From assembly GCA_951406725.2 (NCBI GenBank), contig OX597831.1:71486001-71550000 (forward strand): a stretch of DNA of 64,000 bases, written 5' to 3'. Origin of the DNA: Octopus vulgaris. Taxonomy: Eukaryota. Both the position numbers and the translations under genes were made by a program. This document shows positions 53,952-64,000 of the stretch, one piece after another. The stretch's first letter is position 1. Every line of letters begins with the position of its first letter. Under the pieces are notes generated by a model, which saw only the letters and a program-made list of their open reading frames with translations, had not been told where the DNA came from and ran no database searches.

Positions 53952-53955
<4 letters not shown>
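47739..53955. repeat. Tandem array of ~512-bp units (12 full + partial)
   Basis: Equivalent positions at 47953, 48469, 48982, 49494, 49996, 50515, 51024, 51536, 52046, 52549, 53066, 53579. Units differ mainly in (GA)n length. Confidence 0.98.
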
Positions 53956-53993
<38 letters not shown>

Positions 53994-54001
53994 TTATATA
54001 T

Positions 54002-54091
54002 ATTGAAGGCAGCTATGAAATCTCCCTGCTTATAGCAAAACATGGAAAGAATCACACTATTGGAGAACAACTGATTAAATCAGCTTTTTCT
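54002..54091 (+). pseudogene. hAT transposase fragment (post-BED region)
   Basis: IEGSYEISLLIAKHGKNHTIGEQLIKSA resembles Buster-family ASYxISLLIAKxGKPHTIGExLI. Confidence 0.88.
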
Positions 54092-54106
54092 TTTTCTTTT
54101 CTTTTC

Positions 54107-54765
54107 TTTTACTTGTTTCAGTCATTTGACTGCGGCCATGCTGGAGCACCGCCTTTAGTCGAGCAAATCAACCCGGGGACTTATTCTTTGTAAGCCCAGT
54201 ACTTATTCTATCGGTCTCTTTTTGCCGAACCGCTAAGTGACGTGGACGTAAACACACCAGCATCGGTTGTCAAGCAATGCTAGGGGGACAAACACAGACA
54301 CACAAACACACACACATACATATATATATATATTCCTTGTGAGTGGAATACTGAGGCACAGGAGTGCTGTGTGGTAAGTAGCTTGCTAACCAACCACATG
54401 GTTCCGGGTTCAGTCCCACTGTGTGGCACCTTGAGCAAGTGTCTTCTACTATGGCCTCGGGCCAACCAATGCCTTGTGAGTGGATTTGGTAGACGGAAAC
54501 TGAAAGAAGCCTGTCGTATATATGTATATATATATATATGTATGTGTGTGTGTTTGTGTGTCTGTGTTTGTCCCCCTAGCATTGCTTGACAACCGATGCT
54601 GGTGTGTTTATGTCCCTGTTACTTAGCAGTTCGGCAAAAGTGACCGATAGAATAAGTACTGGGCTTACAAAAGAATAAGTCCCGGGGTCGAGTTGCTCGA
54701 TTAAAGGCGGTGCTCCAGCATGGCCACAGTCAAATGACTGAAACAAGTAAAAGAGTAAAAGAGAG
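54107..54765. mobile_element. Inverted pair of SINE family A (partial - copy 54107-54335, full + copy 54355-54765)
   Basis: The ~225-bp 3' halves are near-perfect reverse complements. Confidence 0.9.
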
Positions 54766-54905
54766 TGCAGTTGAAAATTTACTGAAAGACAAGAGAAACC
54801 TGCTTGAAATTACAAAACATGGCAATTTACACCTAAAGTCAGCAAAATTTTCTCCTCAGATAAAAGATCTGTGCCATATGCACCAGGCACAGGGTTCCTC
54901 ACTAA
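54766..54905 (+). pseudogene. hAT transposase C-terminus (dimerisation domain end)
   Basis: AVENLLKDKRNLLEITKHGNLHLKSAKFSPQIKDLCHMHQAQGS resembles SAVxxLLTKKRNRLxIxxRGDLRL...PxIxxL...HQAQxSH*. Lies ~150 bp before the right TIR. Confidence 0.85.
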
Positions 54906-55565
54906 ATGGGTTGAGGTATCCATCACCTGGGTAACTGAATTACAAATCGTGTTTCTATATTAAAAATGTTCTATATTTTTAAAAAAATGTTGATGAGCAC
55001 CAGATTTTCGTTATTAAAAAGTGGGGCACCGGTGAAAAAGGTTGGGAAACACTGATCTACCTATTTAGCTACCTATCAACCTATCTAACCATCTATCTAT
55101 CTATTTGTTGACCAACTTACATATCCATCCTTCCTTCCTTCCCTCCCTCCCTCCCTCCCTCCATCCATCCATCCATCCATCCATCCATCCATCCATCCAT
55201 CCATCCATCCATCCATCCATCCATCTCTTATTCTACTTACATTTCTGTTGATGAATGTATCTGTCTACACTAACAATATAGACAAACATTTAAAACAAAT
55301 AACTAAAAAAAAAAAACTAAATAATTGTGGTACTCCAGCATGGCCTCAGCCTTTGGGCTGCTACACACAAAAAGGTAAAAGTAAAATCCACAGCTATTTG
55401 CTCAGGTTATTTCACTTTGATTTACCTTTGAACAGCTGTTGAATTTTTATAGTTTCCATTTTTCCCTTTCCTTCATTTCATTTCATTTCATTTGAGTTTG
55501 AGTCTATGCTCAGGCCAAGTCGAAGACTCCATCCACCCTTTTCTTTCTCTTTATTTCTTCTCTTT

Positions 55566-55858
55566 TTGCAGCGTGCAAGGTGTTTGTAAGCCATTTAAGA
55601 AACACACAAAAGCCGTTTGTCAAAATATTTTCGTCGCTATAAGACCGCGACCTGTTCACTGACAAAAATCTGTGCTGAGAACAGGTCGCGGTCTTATAGC
55701 GACAAAAATATTTTGACAAATTAAACTTAAATGTTGAAGTGAATCGAACGGCTTTTGTGTGTTTCTTAAATGGCTTACAAACACCTTTCATGCTGCAATT
55801 GTTTTCGTTCCAGCACACAATCTCAGATCAAATCACTTGCTATGCAAGTACATCTCCG
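55566..55858. mobile_element. Fold-back fragment (two opposed copies), probably Penelope-like pseudo-LTR
   Basis: Outer IR 55577-55617 / 55747-55787 and inner IR 55616-55657 / 55679-55720; contains a hammerhead motif. Confidence 0.7.
55616..55666 (-). ncRNA. Type I hammerhead ribozyme motif with compensatory G3:C8 core
   Basis: - strand tttgtca-GTGAACA-G-gtcgc(ggtcttata)gcgac-GAAA-ATAT-TT-tgacaaa: 7-bp stem I, 5-bp stem II, palindromic AATATT stem III, NUH = UUU. Confidence 0.68.
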
Positions 55859-57329
55859 GTCTTCTCTTTTTCTTTTTAATTTATCATTGTTTTCTTTCTT
55901 TTACCTTGATTTAACTGTGTTGAAATATCTAGAAGGTATAGAAATGGTTGAACATTGAAACCTGTAACAACAACTAATCTCTTATTTTTATTGTCTGTCA
56001 CAATTATCCTATTATATGTTTAAAATCATGTAATGGGTTTTCCAGTCATGCATTCCTTTTCATCAACACACACTCTCTCTCTCTCTCTCTTTGCTTCTCA
56101 GTTCAGCTATACCACATGCCCCTGCATTTAACATATTTATATATCTCTCTACTTTCTACCTCTTTTCTCAACTAATTAACCACACAACATAATAGCCATA
56201 TCTTTCTCTTACCCCTCAGCACTAACTCTCTCTCACTTTTCATTTTCCCTTGAACTAACCACTTGACAGTGTCTTAGCATAATAACTATTACTTTCTGCT
56301 TACCTCACATCTTTAACACTTCTCTCTTCTTCTCTTTCTCCCTCTTCTTCTCTTGCTCTTCACTTCTCCCTCCAGCTAATCATGTGACACTGTAATGCAT
56401 TTGGCCTTAGCATATCAATATATAGATTAATGATAAGAAAATACCATGAAAATGGACAGTAGATTGACAGAATCATTAGAACATCGGTTAAAATGCCTTG
56501 CAGCATTTGTTCTGGTTCTTTGCATTCTAGGTTCAAATCAACTTTGACTTTCATCTTTCCTGGGTCTATAAAAGAAAATACCAATCAAACACTGGGAGTT
56601 TTTATTGTTCACATCTCAGGACCTTGGTGGTTACTGAGATGTGGGCCATGGTTGGACAGTTTTTACACAGAAGACTGCAAACAAATTATGATAACATTTG
56701 CTTACAGTTAACTCACAATGTCAAGACACGATGACCTGGACACACATACATACTCATGCTCTCTCTCACATACACATATATGTGTATATGTGTGTGTGTT
56801 TGTATGTATGTATGTATAAACAAGAGGCACATAGTTTTGATCATCTCGTGTTTATATATTTAACCCAAGGACGATTTCACCTAGCGGGTAAATGTTATTT
56901 ACTTGCTAAACTAAAATCAGAAACCAATTGGTCCAGGAAACTAGATGGTAAAATGTTTTTATTTTTTCATTTTGTTCCTGTCAAATTTTATCCCTAATTT
57001 TGTGGTTATAGAACCTAGCTGTTCTTTCTAGCATGTTGAATCCCATGAGTGGATTCCTCATGTGCTTAAATGTACACTGTATTTTATGACTAATACATAG
57101 TCTTTTAGACCGAATTTTTACACGTTAGGCCACTGGAAATGAAAATTTTAATTAATTTCCATTTCCCTTTGATATGATTAAGTATTGTATGTATGTGTGT
57201 ATGTATGTATGTATTCAGACTAAACGTGACAGTTTGCATAAAAGGAATAAAAAAATATCCCATCCAAAATTTTAAATATTTTTTAAAAGATAAAAAATTA
57301 TCAACTAGATTATGGCTGAGAGATAACAG

Positions 57330-58005
57330 TGTACTCAAAGTAACCATCCTCAGATTCCATGATGGTTCCAGAACTTGGTGCAGGCTTTCCTTGCTATGTC
57401 CCTGGGAAGATCTTCAAACACCCCTTGATCTTGGCTATGAGCTTATCCTTGGTGTTGCAGGCAGAGTGTTCGGTGTCTTTGTCAACTGTGTCCAGTCCAG
57501 AGTAATTCCGTGGGATTGCAATTGGGGAAATTAAGAGGCCAGAAATTCTTCCACAATCACTTTTGACTCTTTCTGGAGGTATGGCAAGGAGCTGAATCCT
57601 GCTGCCACACATATCACCTTCCAGTAGCAAGCTTCTCCAGCCAGGATTTGATCACAGTCTCCAGCAGCTTCACGTAGCTGTCTGAATTGAGCCTAAGGCC
57701 CTGTCCATCTGTTGCTGCATTAATTCCAGCATGTGGATGCAGTAAAAATACCTGTTGTGTCCCTTCTTACTGACCATGGCCTTGTAGACTCTGTTGCTGC
57801 TGTCCATGTCACATCTTGTAATCTTTACGGTGTTCATAGAGCATTGATTAACAGTTGTGATGTCAGTATTTTGACACCTGGCATGAATGACCTTCACATA
57901 GGTAGCTTTTTCCCAATATTCAGATGGCTTCCATTCCTCCATGTCAACTAACTTTTTCTCAACTACACTTTTGATCTTTATGCTCTTCAACATCATAGAG
58001 CAAGC
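57330..58005 (-). mobile_element. Decayed Tc1/mariner-superfamily transposase
   Basis: - strand YVWQQDSAPCHTSRKSQK and VDKDTEHSACNTKDKLIAKIK...GYFE, typical of DDD/E C-termini. Frameshifted. Confidence 0.75.
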
Positions 58006-58799
58006 TGTGCTTTATAAAAAGAGACCCTTGTTAGTATTGCAAAATGAACGACCAAGCTGGTGATTAATACCTATTTCTTTACTGCCCACAAGGGCTAAAT
58101 ACAGAGAGGACAAACAAGGACAGACAAAGGGATTAAGTCGATTATATCGACCCCAGTGCGTTACTGGTACTTAATTTATCAACCCCGAAAGGATGAAAGG
58201 CAAAGTCGACCTCGGCGGTATTTGAACTCAGAACGCAGCGGCAGATGAAATATCGCTAAGCATTTCGTCCAGCGCGCTAACGATTCCGCCAGGTCCGCCT
58301 GATTAATACCATTTAACAGCATTTGCAGTTTCATTTTACCAAAATTAGAATATATAAATATTGGCTTCAAATTTTGGCCAGCAATTCTGAAGGCAGTAAA
58401 ATTCAATTACACCAACCTCAGGATGAAAGGCAAAGTCAATCTCAACAGTACCTCAACTCACAGACAAAATCCCGCTAATCATTTTACCTGGCATGCTAAT
58501 AATTCTGCCAGCTCACTGCCTTTAGAGTATATAAATACAATACTTGGTATAAATAAATTACCAGCAATCACTTAAGGATTATATTCTATTGTAGCCACTT
58601 AACAATCAACAGATAAACTATTGCATTGCTGTCAAACAGGATCAAGTATCAGACTTAAATTTGATGTTTATGATGAGAATTAATTAATGGGTGACAAAGG
58701 AAACTATAATTTATATTTAAATCTTAACTATTCGTTTGTAATTATATATAAGTGTGTAAAAGGATGTGTTTGTGTAGGCACGTATGAGTCAAATATGCA

Positions 58800-58983
58800 T
58801 GCACACACACACGCATACACACACACAGACACACATACACACACACACACAGACACACACACACATACAAACACAAACACGCACACACACATACACACAC
58901 ACACGCGTGCGTGCACACACACATACACACACACACATACACACACACAGACACACACACACATACAAACACACACGCACACA

Positions 58984-59015
<32 letters not shown>

Positions 59016-59050
59016 TACACACACAGACACACACACACACACACACACAA
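58800..59050. repeat. (CA)n-rich microsatellite
   Basis: Direct reading. Confidence 0.97.
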
Positions 59051-59859
59051 ACAAACAACAACAACAACAATATAAGTATTGTCATGTAGTTATGGCTTAC
59101 TATGGTAATCTACATCATTTCTACGAATTATTTTTCCCGTGATTTATTTGTTATATTTCAATTTCTGAACTCAGTGAATATCTCTATTGAAATCTTACAG
59201 AATCTTCCTCGTTAGCAATGCATATAGTCTTATTTCAACTGTTCGTTATTCTCCACCTTTCTGTCTCTTCACTCCACATTTGCAGCCTAAATTTATATTT
59301 CTTATCATTATTACTTGGATGGTGAATTAGCAGAAGTGTTAAAGTGTAGGATAAACTGCTTTCTGGTATTTGCTCCAACTCTTTACCTTTTCTAGGTTCA
59401 AATCCTGCTGAGGTCAACTTTGCCTTTCTTCCATGCTGGTTCAAGAAAACAAAATACCAGTCATGTACTGCAGTTCAGTATAATTGACTAACCCTTCTCT
59501 TAAAGATATTGTGCTTAAATTTGAAACAATTATTAGGATTATATATTTCTTTACTACCCACAAGGGCTAAACACAGAGGGGACAAACAAGGACAGACAAA
59601 GGGATTAAGTTGATTACATCAACCCCAGTGCGTAACTGGTACTTAATTTATCGACCCCAAAAGAATGAAAGGCAAAGTCGACCTCGGCGGAATTTGAACT
59701 CAGAACGTAACGACAGACAAAATACGGCTACGCATTTCACCTGGTGTGCTAACGTTTCTGCCAGCTCGCCGCCTAATTATTAGGATTATAATTAATCATA
59801 TATAATTAATAAGATGACAGATTTGATAGAATTATGGTACAGTGATAGAGTGATGGCAT

Positions 59860-60249
59860 TACTCTTTTACTTGTTTCAGTCATTTGACTGCGGCCATGCT
59901 GGAGCATCGCCTTTAGTCGAGCAAATCAACCCCGGGACTTATTCTTTGTAAGCCCAGTACTTATTCTATCGGTCTCTTTTGCCGAACCGCTAAGTGACGG
60001 GGACGTAAACACACCAGCATCAGTTGTCAAGCAATGCTAGGGGGACAAACACACACACATACACATATATATATATATACATATATACGACAGGCTTCTT
60101 TCAGTTTCCGTCTACCAAATCCACTCACAAGGCATTGGTCAGCCCGGGGCTATAGCAGAAGACACTTGTCCAAGATGCCACGCAGTGGGACTGAACCCGG
60201 AACCATGTGGTTGGTTAGCAAGCTACTTACCACACAGCCACTCCTGTGC
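59860..60249 (-). mobile_element. SINE family A
   Basis: Reverse complement of consensus. Confidence 0.9.
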
Positions 60250-61060
60250 ATTCTTTACATTAATTTCTTTCCTCTACATTCAAAGCATAAATTCTACCAA
60301 AGTCAACTTAGCCTTCCATTTTTCTTTGAGATCAATAAATAAAATTAACAAGGATGTAATGAAAACGAGTTAATTGCATAACTCCTCCCCATCTCAAAAA
60401 AAAAAAAAAATTCCAACAGAATTCAGGCCTTGAACTATGCTAGCAACAATTAAAGGGGAGTTGAATGGTAACAGAATGTTGATTAAAATGTCTTGCAGTG
60501 TTTGTTCTGGATTTTTACATAGCAAGTTCAAATCCTACCAATGTCAACCTTTCACCTTTCTCGGGTCAATAAAATACAGTACCAAACAAATCCTCAATTT
60601 TTTCAAGTTCCATACAGAGAAGAGGATGGGGGGGGGGGAGATATGCAGTCCACCTGAATTTGGTGAATTTGGTGGAAGGTAGAAGAGAATGGTGAGAATG
60701 GTTTGTATGAATAGGCTTACTCTCAGCATCGACCTGTTTGTCAAAGAACAAAGAGGTGAAAGAGGGCACTTGCTCTTGTTTGTTATGGTAATCCTACATT
60801 CACAGAGTTCCTTGATAGGACTTGAGTGAAGTGCATGGCTTAGTGGTTAGGGTATTCGGCTCATGATTGTAAGGTCAGGAGTTCGATTCCTGGCAGTGTA
60901 TTGTGTCCTTGAGCAAGACACTTTATTTCATGTTGCTCCTGTCCGCTTAGCTGGCAAAAACGAGTGGTACTTGTATTTCAAAGGGCCAGCCTTATTACAT
61001 TCTGTGTCATGCTGAATCTCCCTGAGAACTTCATTAAGGGCACACATGCCTATGGAGTGC

Positions 61061-61541
61061 ATAAGATCTGGTCATCAAATCTAAGTAGAGACTTCAAACT
61101 TGAAATCTTCAAAGCCACAGTCGAACAAATTCTACTATATGGCTCAGAAACCTGGATGTTATCAAAGAAGCTTGAGAGGCGGTTGGATGGAACCTACACT
61201 CGCCTCCTTATGAGAGCTCAAAATCTCTCATGGAAGCGCCATCCAACCAAAATGCAAATATATGGGAAACTACCACCTGTGTCATCTCTTGTGAAAGGTA
61301 GGAGAGTCCAGTTTGCTGGACATTGTTGTAGAGCTGAAAAAGAGGTACTTTCTACTCTCCTCCTCTGGAAGCCATCTACTCGCAATGCCAGAGGGCACAC
61401 ACTCTCCTACCCTGATGTAATCTCCAGGGATACAGGCATCCAGCAACAGGACCTCCGTAATGCCATGATGGACCGTGAAGTCTGGCATAGCATGGTAAAT
61501 TCCATTGTCTCGACCACGGTCGAACAATGATGATGATGATG
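61061..61541 (+). mobile_element. 5'-truncated RTE-clade LINE nested in a tRNA-SINE, open frame to the natural stop
   Basis: KIWSSNLSRDFKLEIFKATVEQILLYGSETW...STTVEQ* + (TGA)n. TSD atggagtgc at 61052-61060 and 61542-61550. Confidence 0.92.
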
Positions 61542-62063
61542 ATGGAGTGCTCATCCACTTGTACATTAATTTCATGAGCAGGCTGTTTTGTTGATCAGAT
61601 CAGCTGGAACCCTCATTGTCATAACCAATGGAGTGGTGCCAGTTGATAGGTCTTAAATGATTGTCCTCAACTATCAGCATGCCTCATTTCATACCTGTTG
61701 TATATTGTTTTACATGCTGTAAATCCTCACCATTTTTGTAAATTACCTTTGTAATGTCTTCTTATTCGTCACCTTTGAAGCAAATAAAAGAAATCACTAT
61801 TAGGATTCTTATTAATTTAAGAATTCTTACATAAAATTTGATTTAAAAGTATTATTTTAATGATTCAGTGCAAAAATTTAATTTTTTATTATTTAAGTTA
61901 CATTTTCAAGAAAGTATTTCATATTTTTAAGCAATTAAAAAAAAATACATTATTAACCTTTTAGCATTTATGTTATTTTGTCAAATGTAAAGCTTATTTT
62001 ATTCACCTTGTTTTGAATTACTCATGCTTTATTTTGTAACTTTGAGAATTTTATGAAGTCATT

Positions 62064-62476
62064 ACTCTTTACTCTTTACTCTTTTACTTGTTTCAGTCAT
62101 TTGACTGCGGCCATGCTGGAGCACTGCCTTTAGTCGAGCAAATCGACCCCAGGACTTATTCTTTGTAAGCCCAGTACTTATTCTATCGGTCTCTTTTGCC
62201 GAACCGCTAAGTTACGGGGACGTAAACACACCAGCATCGGTTGTCAAGCAATGCTAGGGGGACAAACAGACACAAACACATGCACACACATACATATATA
62301 TATACATATATACGACAGGCTTCTTTCAGTTTCCGTCTGCCAAATCCACTCACAAGGCATTGGTCGGCCCGGGGCTATAGCAGAAGACACTTGCCCAAGA
62401 TGCCACACAGTGGGATTGAACCCGGAACCATGTGGTTGGTTAGCAAGCTACTTACCACACAGCCACTCCTGTGCCT
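62064..62476 (-). mobile_element. SINE family A
   Basis: Reverse complement of consensus. Confidence 0.9.
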
Positions 62477-64000
62477 GTTAATTTGTTAATTTTTAGAACG
62501 ACAATGTAGGGTTGATGTGACAGGCCAGATCTGACTATTTTGAAGATAAAGCAGGTAGAATAATTTGGCCAGATATAACCAGTTTAATTGCTAAAGGGTT
62601 TAATGACCCCTACTGCTACTCTGCTCCAGTTCCTCTTTCTGATACATTTTGGTCTTTTATTTTTCATTATGTTCAGATTAATTTTCAGTCCCGTGAGAGA
62701 AGTGTGACTTTGTAATGGCAGTGACATGTGAGTTGAGTGATGTACATTGCAGGGTACTGAAGGGAAATTAACTGAGCGGAATCTACTAGATGTTCGGTGC
62801 TACGTTAGAAGAAAAGCTGAAAGCGTGTGTGTTTGAAGTGTCAAGCACATGAAACACATTGACTGATGTATAAAGTGAGGATCACCGTGCCTATTGTAGA
62901 TGGTACATTCTAGATGAAGAAGTTTTTAGGTTGACTGTGATCAAACAAACTTATGATCAAAAATAGACACTCTAGCCATGATCATGTTATCTTTTAATGG
63001 TGTGTCTAGGACTGCATCAGTTAATGTTTCCTTTCATTATTCATGATATGTTTTGAGGGAGATTTGGCTGTCATTTCTAGCAGGTTAGATGACTATGCAG
63101 AGGCTCCCTTGTTGTCTCATAGCTGAAGAAGTAGTATGATGAGAGATAAAAATGAGATAGATCAAAGGACGCTTTGGATGGAGTTCTTAAGCCAAACCAA
63201 TGCTCACTAAGCTTCACAGATGACATAGTAATTCAGAATATAGTCAGGTTTTTATTGTGAACCTAATACATCTAATCCAATTTAGAAAAACCAAGCATCT
63301 ATGGTAGATTATAACAGGTACTTGAGCTGCAAGAAAAAGCAGCAAGCAAATTTTCCTCAAATCATATCGTACAGTCTTACAAAAGAGAAGCACACCCACA
63401 CATTGGATACGCAATGTTTGGAAAGAACCAGATAGGATGGAACACCTTTGCTGAACATGGGCTAAACAGCACATAGAAAATGGATATTAACCCTTTAGTG
63501 TTCAGGTTATTCTATCAAACATAATGCCTATTGATTCCCATTGATTTGAATTAATCATGCATTATCTCATATCTTCAAGATCTTGATGGTGTACTTACTT
63601 AATGTAGAATAACATTGTAGGGTAGGTGTGAGAGCCTGGATCTGGTCAGTTTGAACATAAAACAGATTATGGCCGGTTTAAATACTAAAGGTTTAAACAA
63701 TGGTAGTGATGCCGACGCCAACGGCAACAGCAGTGACATGGCAATGTTGATGATATCTCTATTTATTTTAAGGCAGTGAGCTGGCAGAACCATTAAGACA
63801 CTGGGGAAAAGGCTCAGCAGCATTTCCTCCATCTGCACATTCTGAGATCAGATTCTGCCAAGGTTGACTTTGCCTTTCATCCTTCTGGGGGTCAATAAAA
63901 TAAGTGCCAATTGAACACCGGGGGGTTGATGTAATCAACTTTCTCCCTTCCTCGAAATTTCTGGTCCAGTGCCAAAATCTGAATTCAATATCCCTATTCA

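Larger units (their letters stand above)
42855..55054 (+). mobile_element. Buster/Charlie-type hAT DNA transposon, internally rearranged and expanded to 12.2 kb
   Basis: TIRs cagtgtttccc (42855) and gggaaacactg (ends 55054). 8-bp TSD gtcTAcct (42847-42854) / atcTAcct (55055-55062). Collinear transposase remnants inside. Confidence 0.88.

Noticed and set aside
47739-53955. CRISPR-like array, or retrozyme/snRNA/5S gene array
   Set aside because: Units are identical throughout with no unique spacers. I found no hammerhead core, tRNA, 5S or snRNA motif in the unit on either strand.

Overview
AT-rich, repeat-saturated animal genomic DNA. The SINE/LINE repertoire is most consistent with an octopod cephalopod (inference). 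The only host gene is a + strand M28B-family glutamate carboxypeptidase II / NAALADase-like gene, seen as three small internal coding exons (9181-9263, 29482-29613, 39022-39104) with intact catalytic EE and zinc-ligand D. They are separated by introns of about 20.2 kb and 9.4 kb, and no further exon was found in the remaining ~24.9 kb. The introns hold three tRNA-derived SINE families, RTE LINE 3' fragments, two R4/Dong-like RLE retrotransposon relics in (TAA)n, a Tc1/mariner relic, a MITE and many microsatellites. A nested cluster at ~39.8-55.1 kb contains a young Penelope-like element (RT + GIY-YIG, ~734-bp inverted duplication) and a 12.2-kb Buster-type hAT element with TIRs and an 8-bp TSD. 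Its transposase is split by an inverted copy of its own left end, an RTE tail, a G-rich 18-mer repeat and a 12-copy ~512-bp satellite with 5-unit higher-order structure. The most unusual signal is a set of minimal type I hammerhead ribozyme motifs with palindromic stem III and non-canonical cores, including one with a compensatory G3:C8 swap (55616-55666, - strand). All calls are from reading the sequence by eye; no searches or folding programs were run, and repeat boundaries are approximate.
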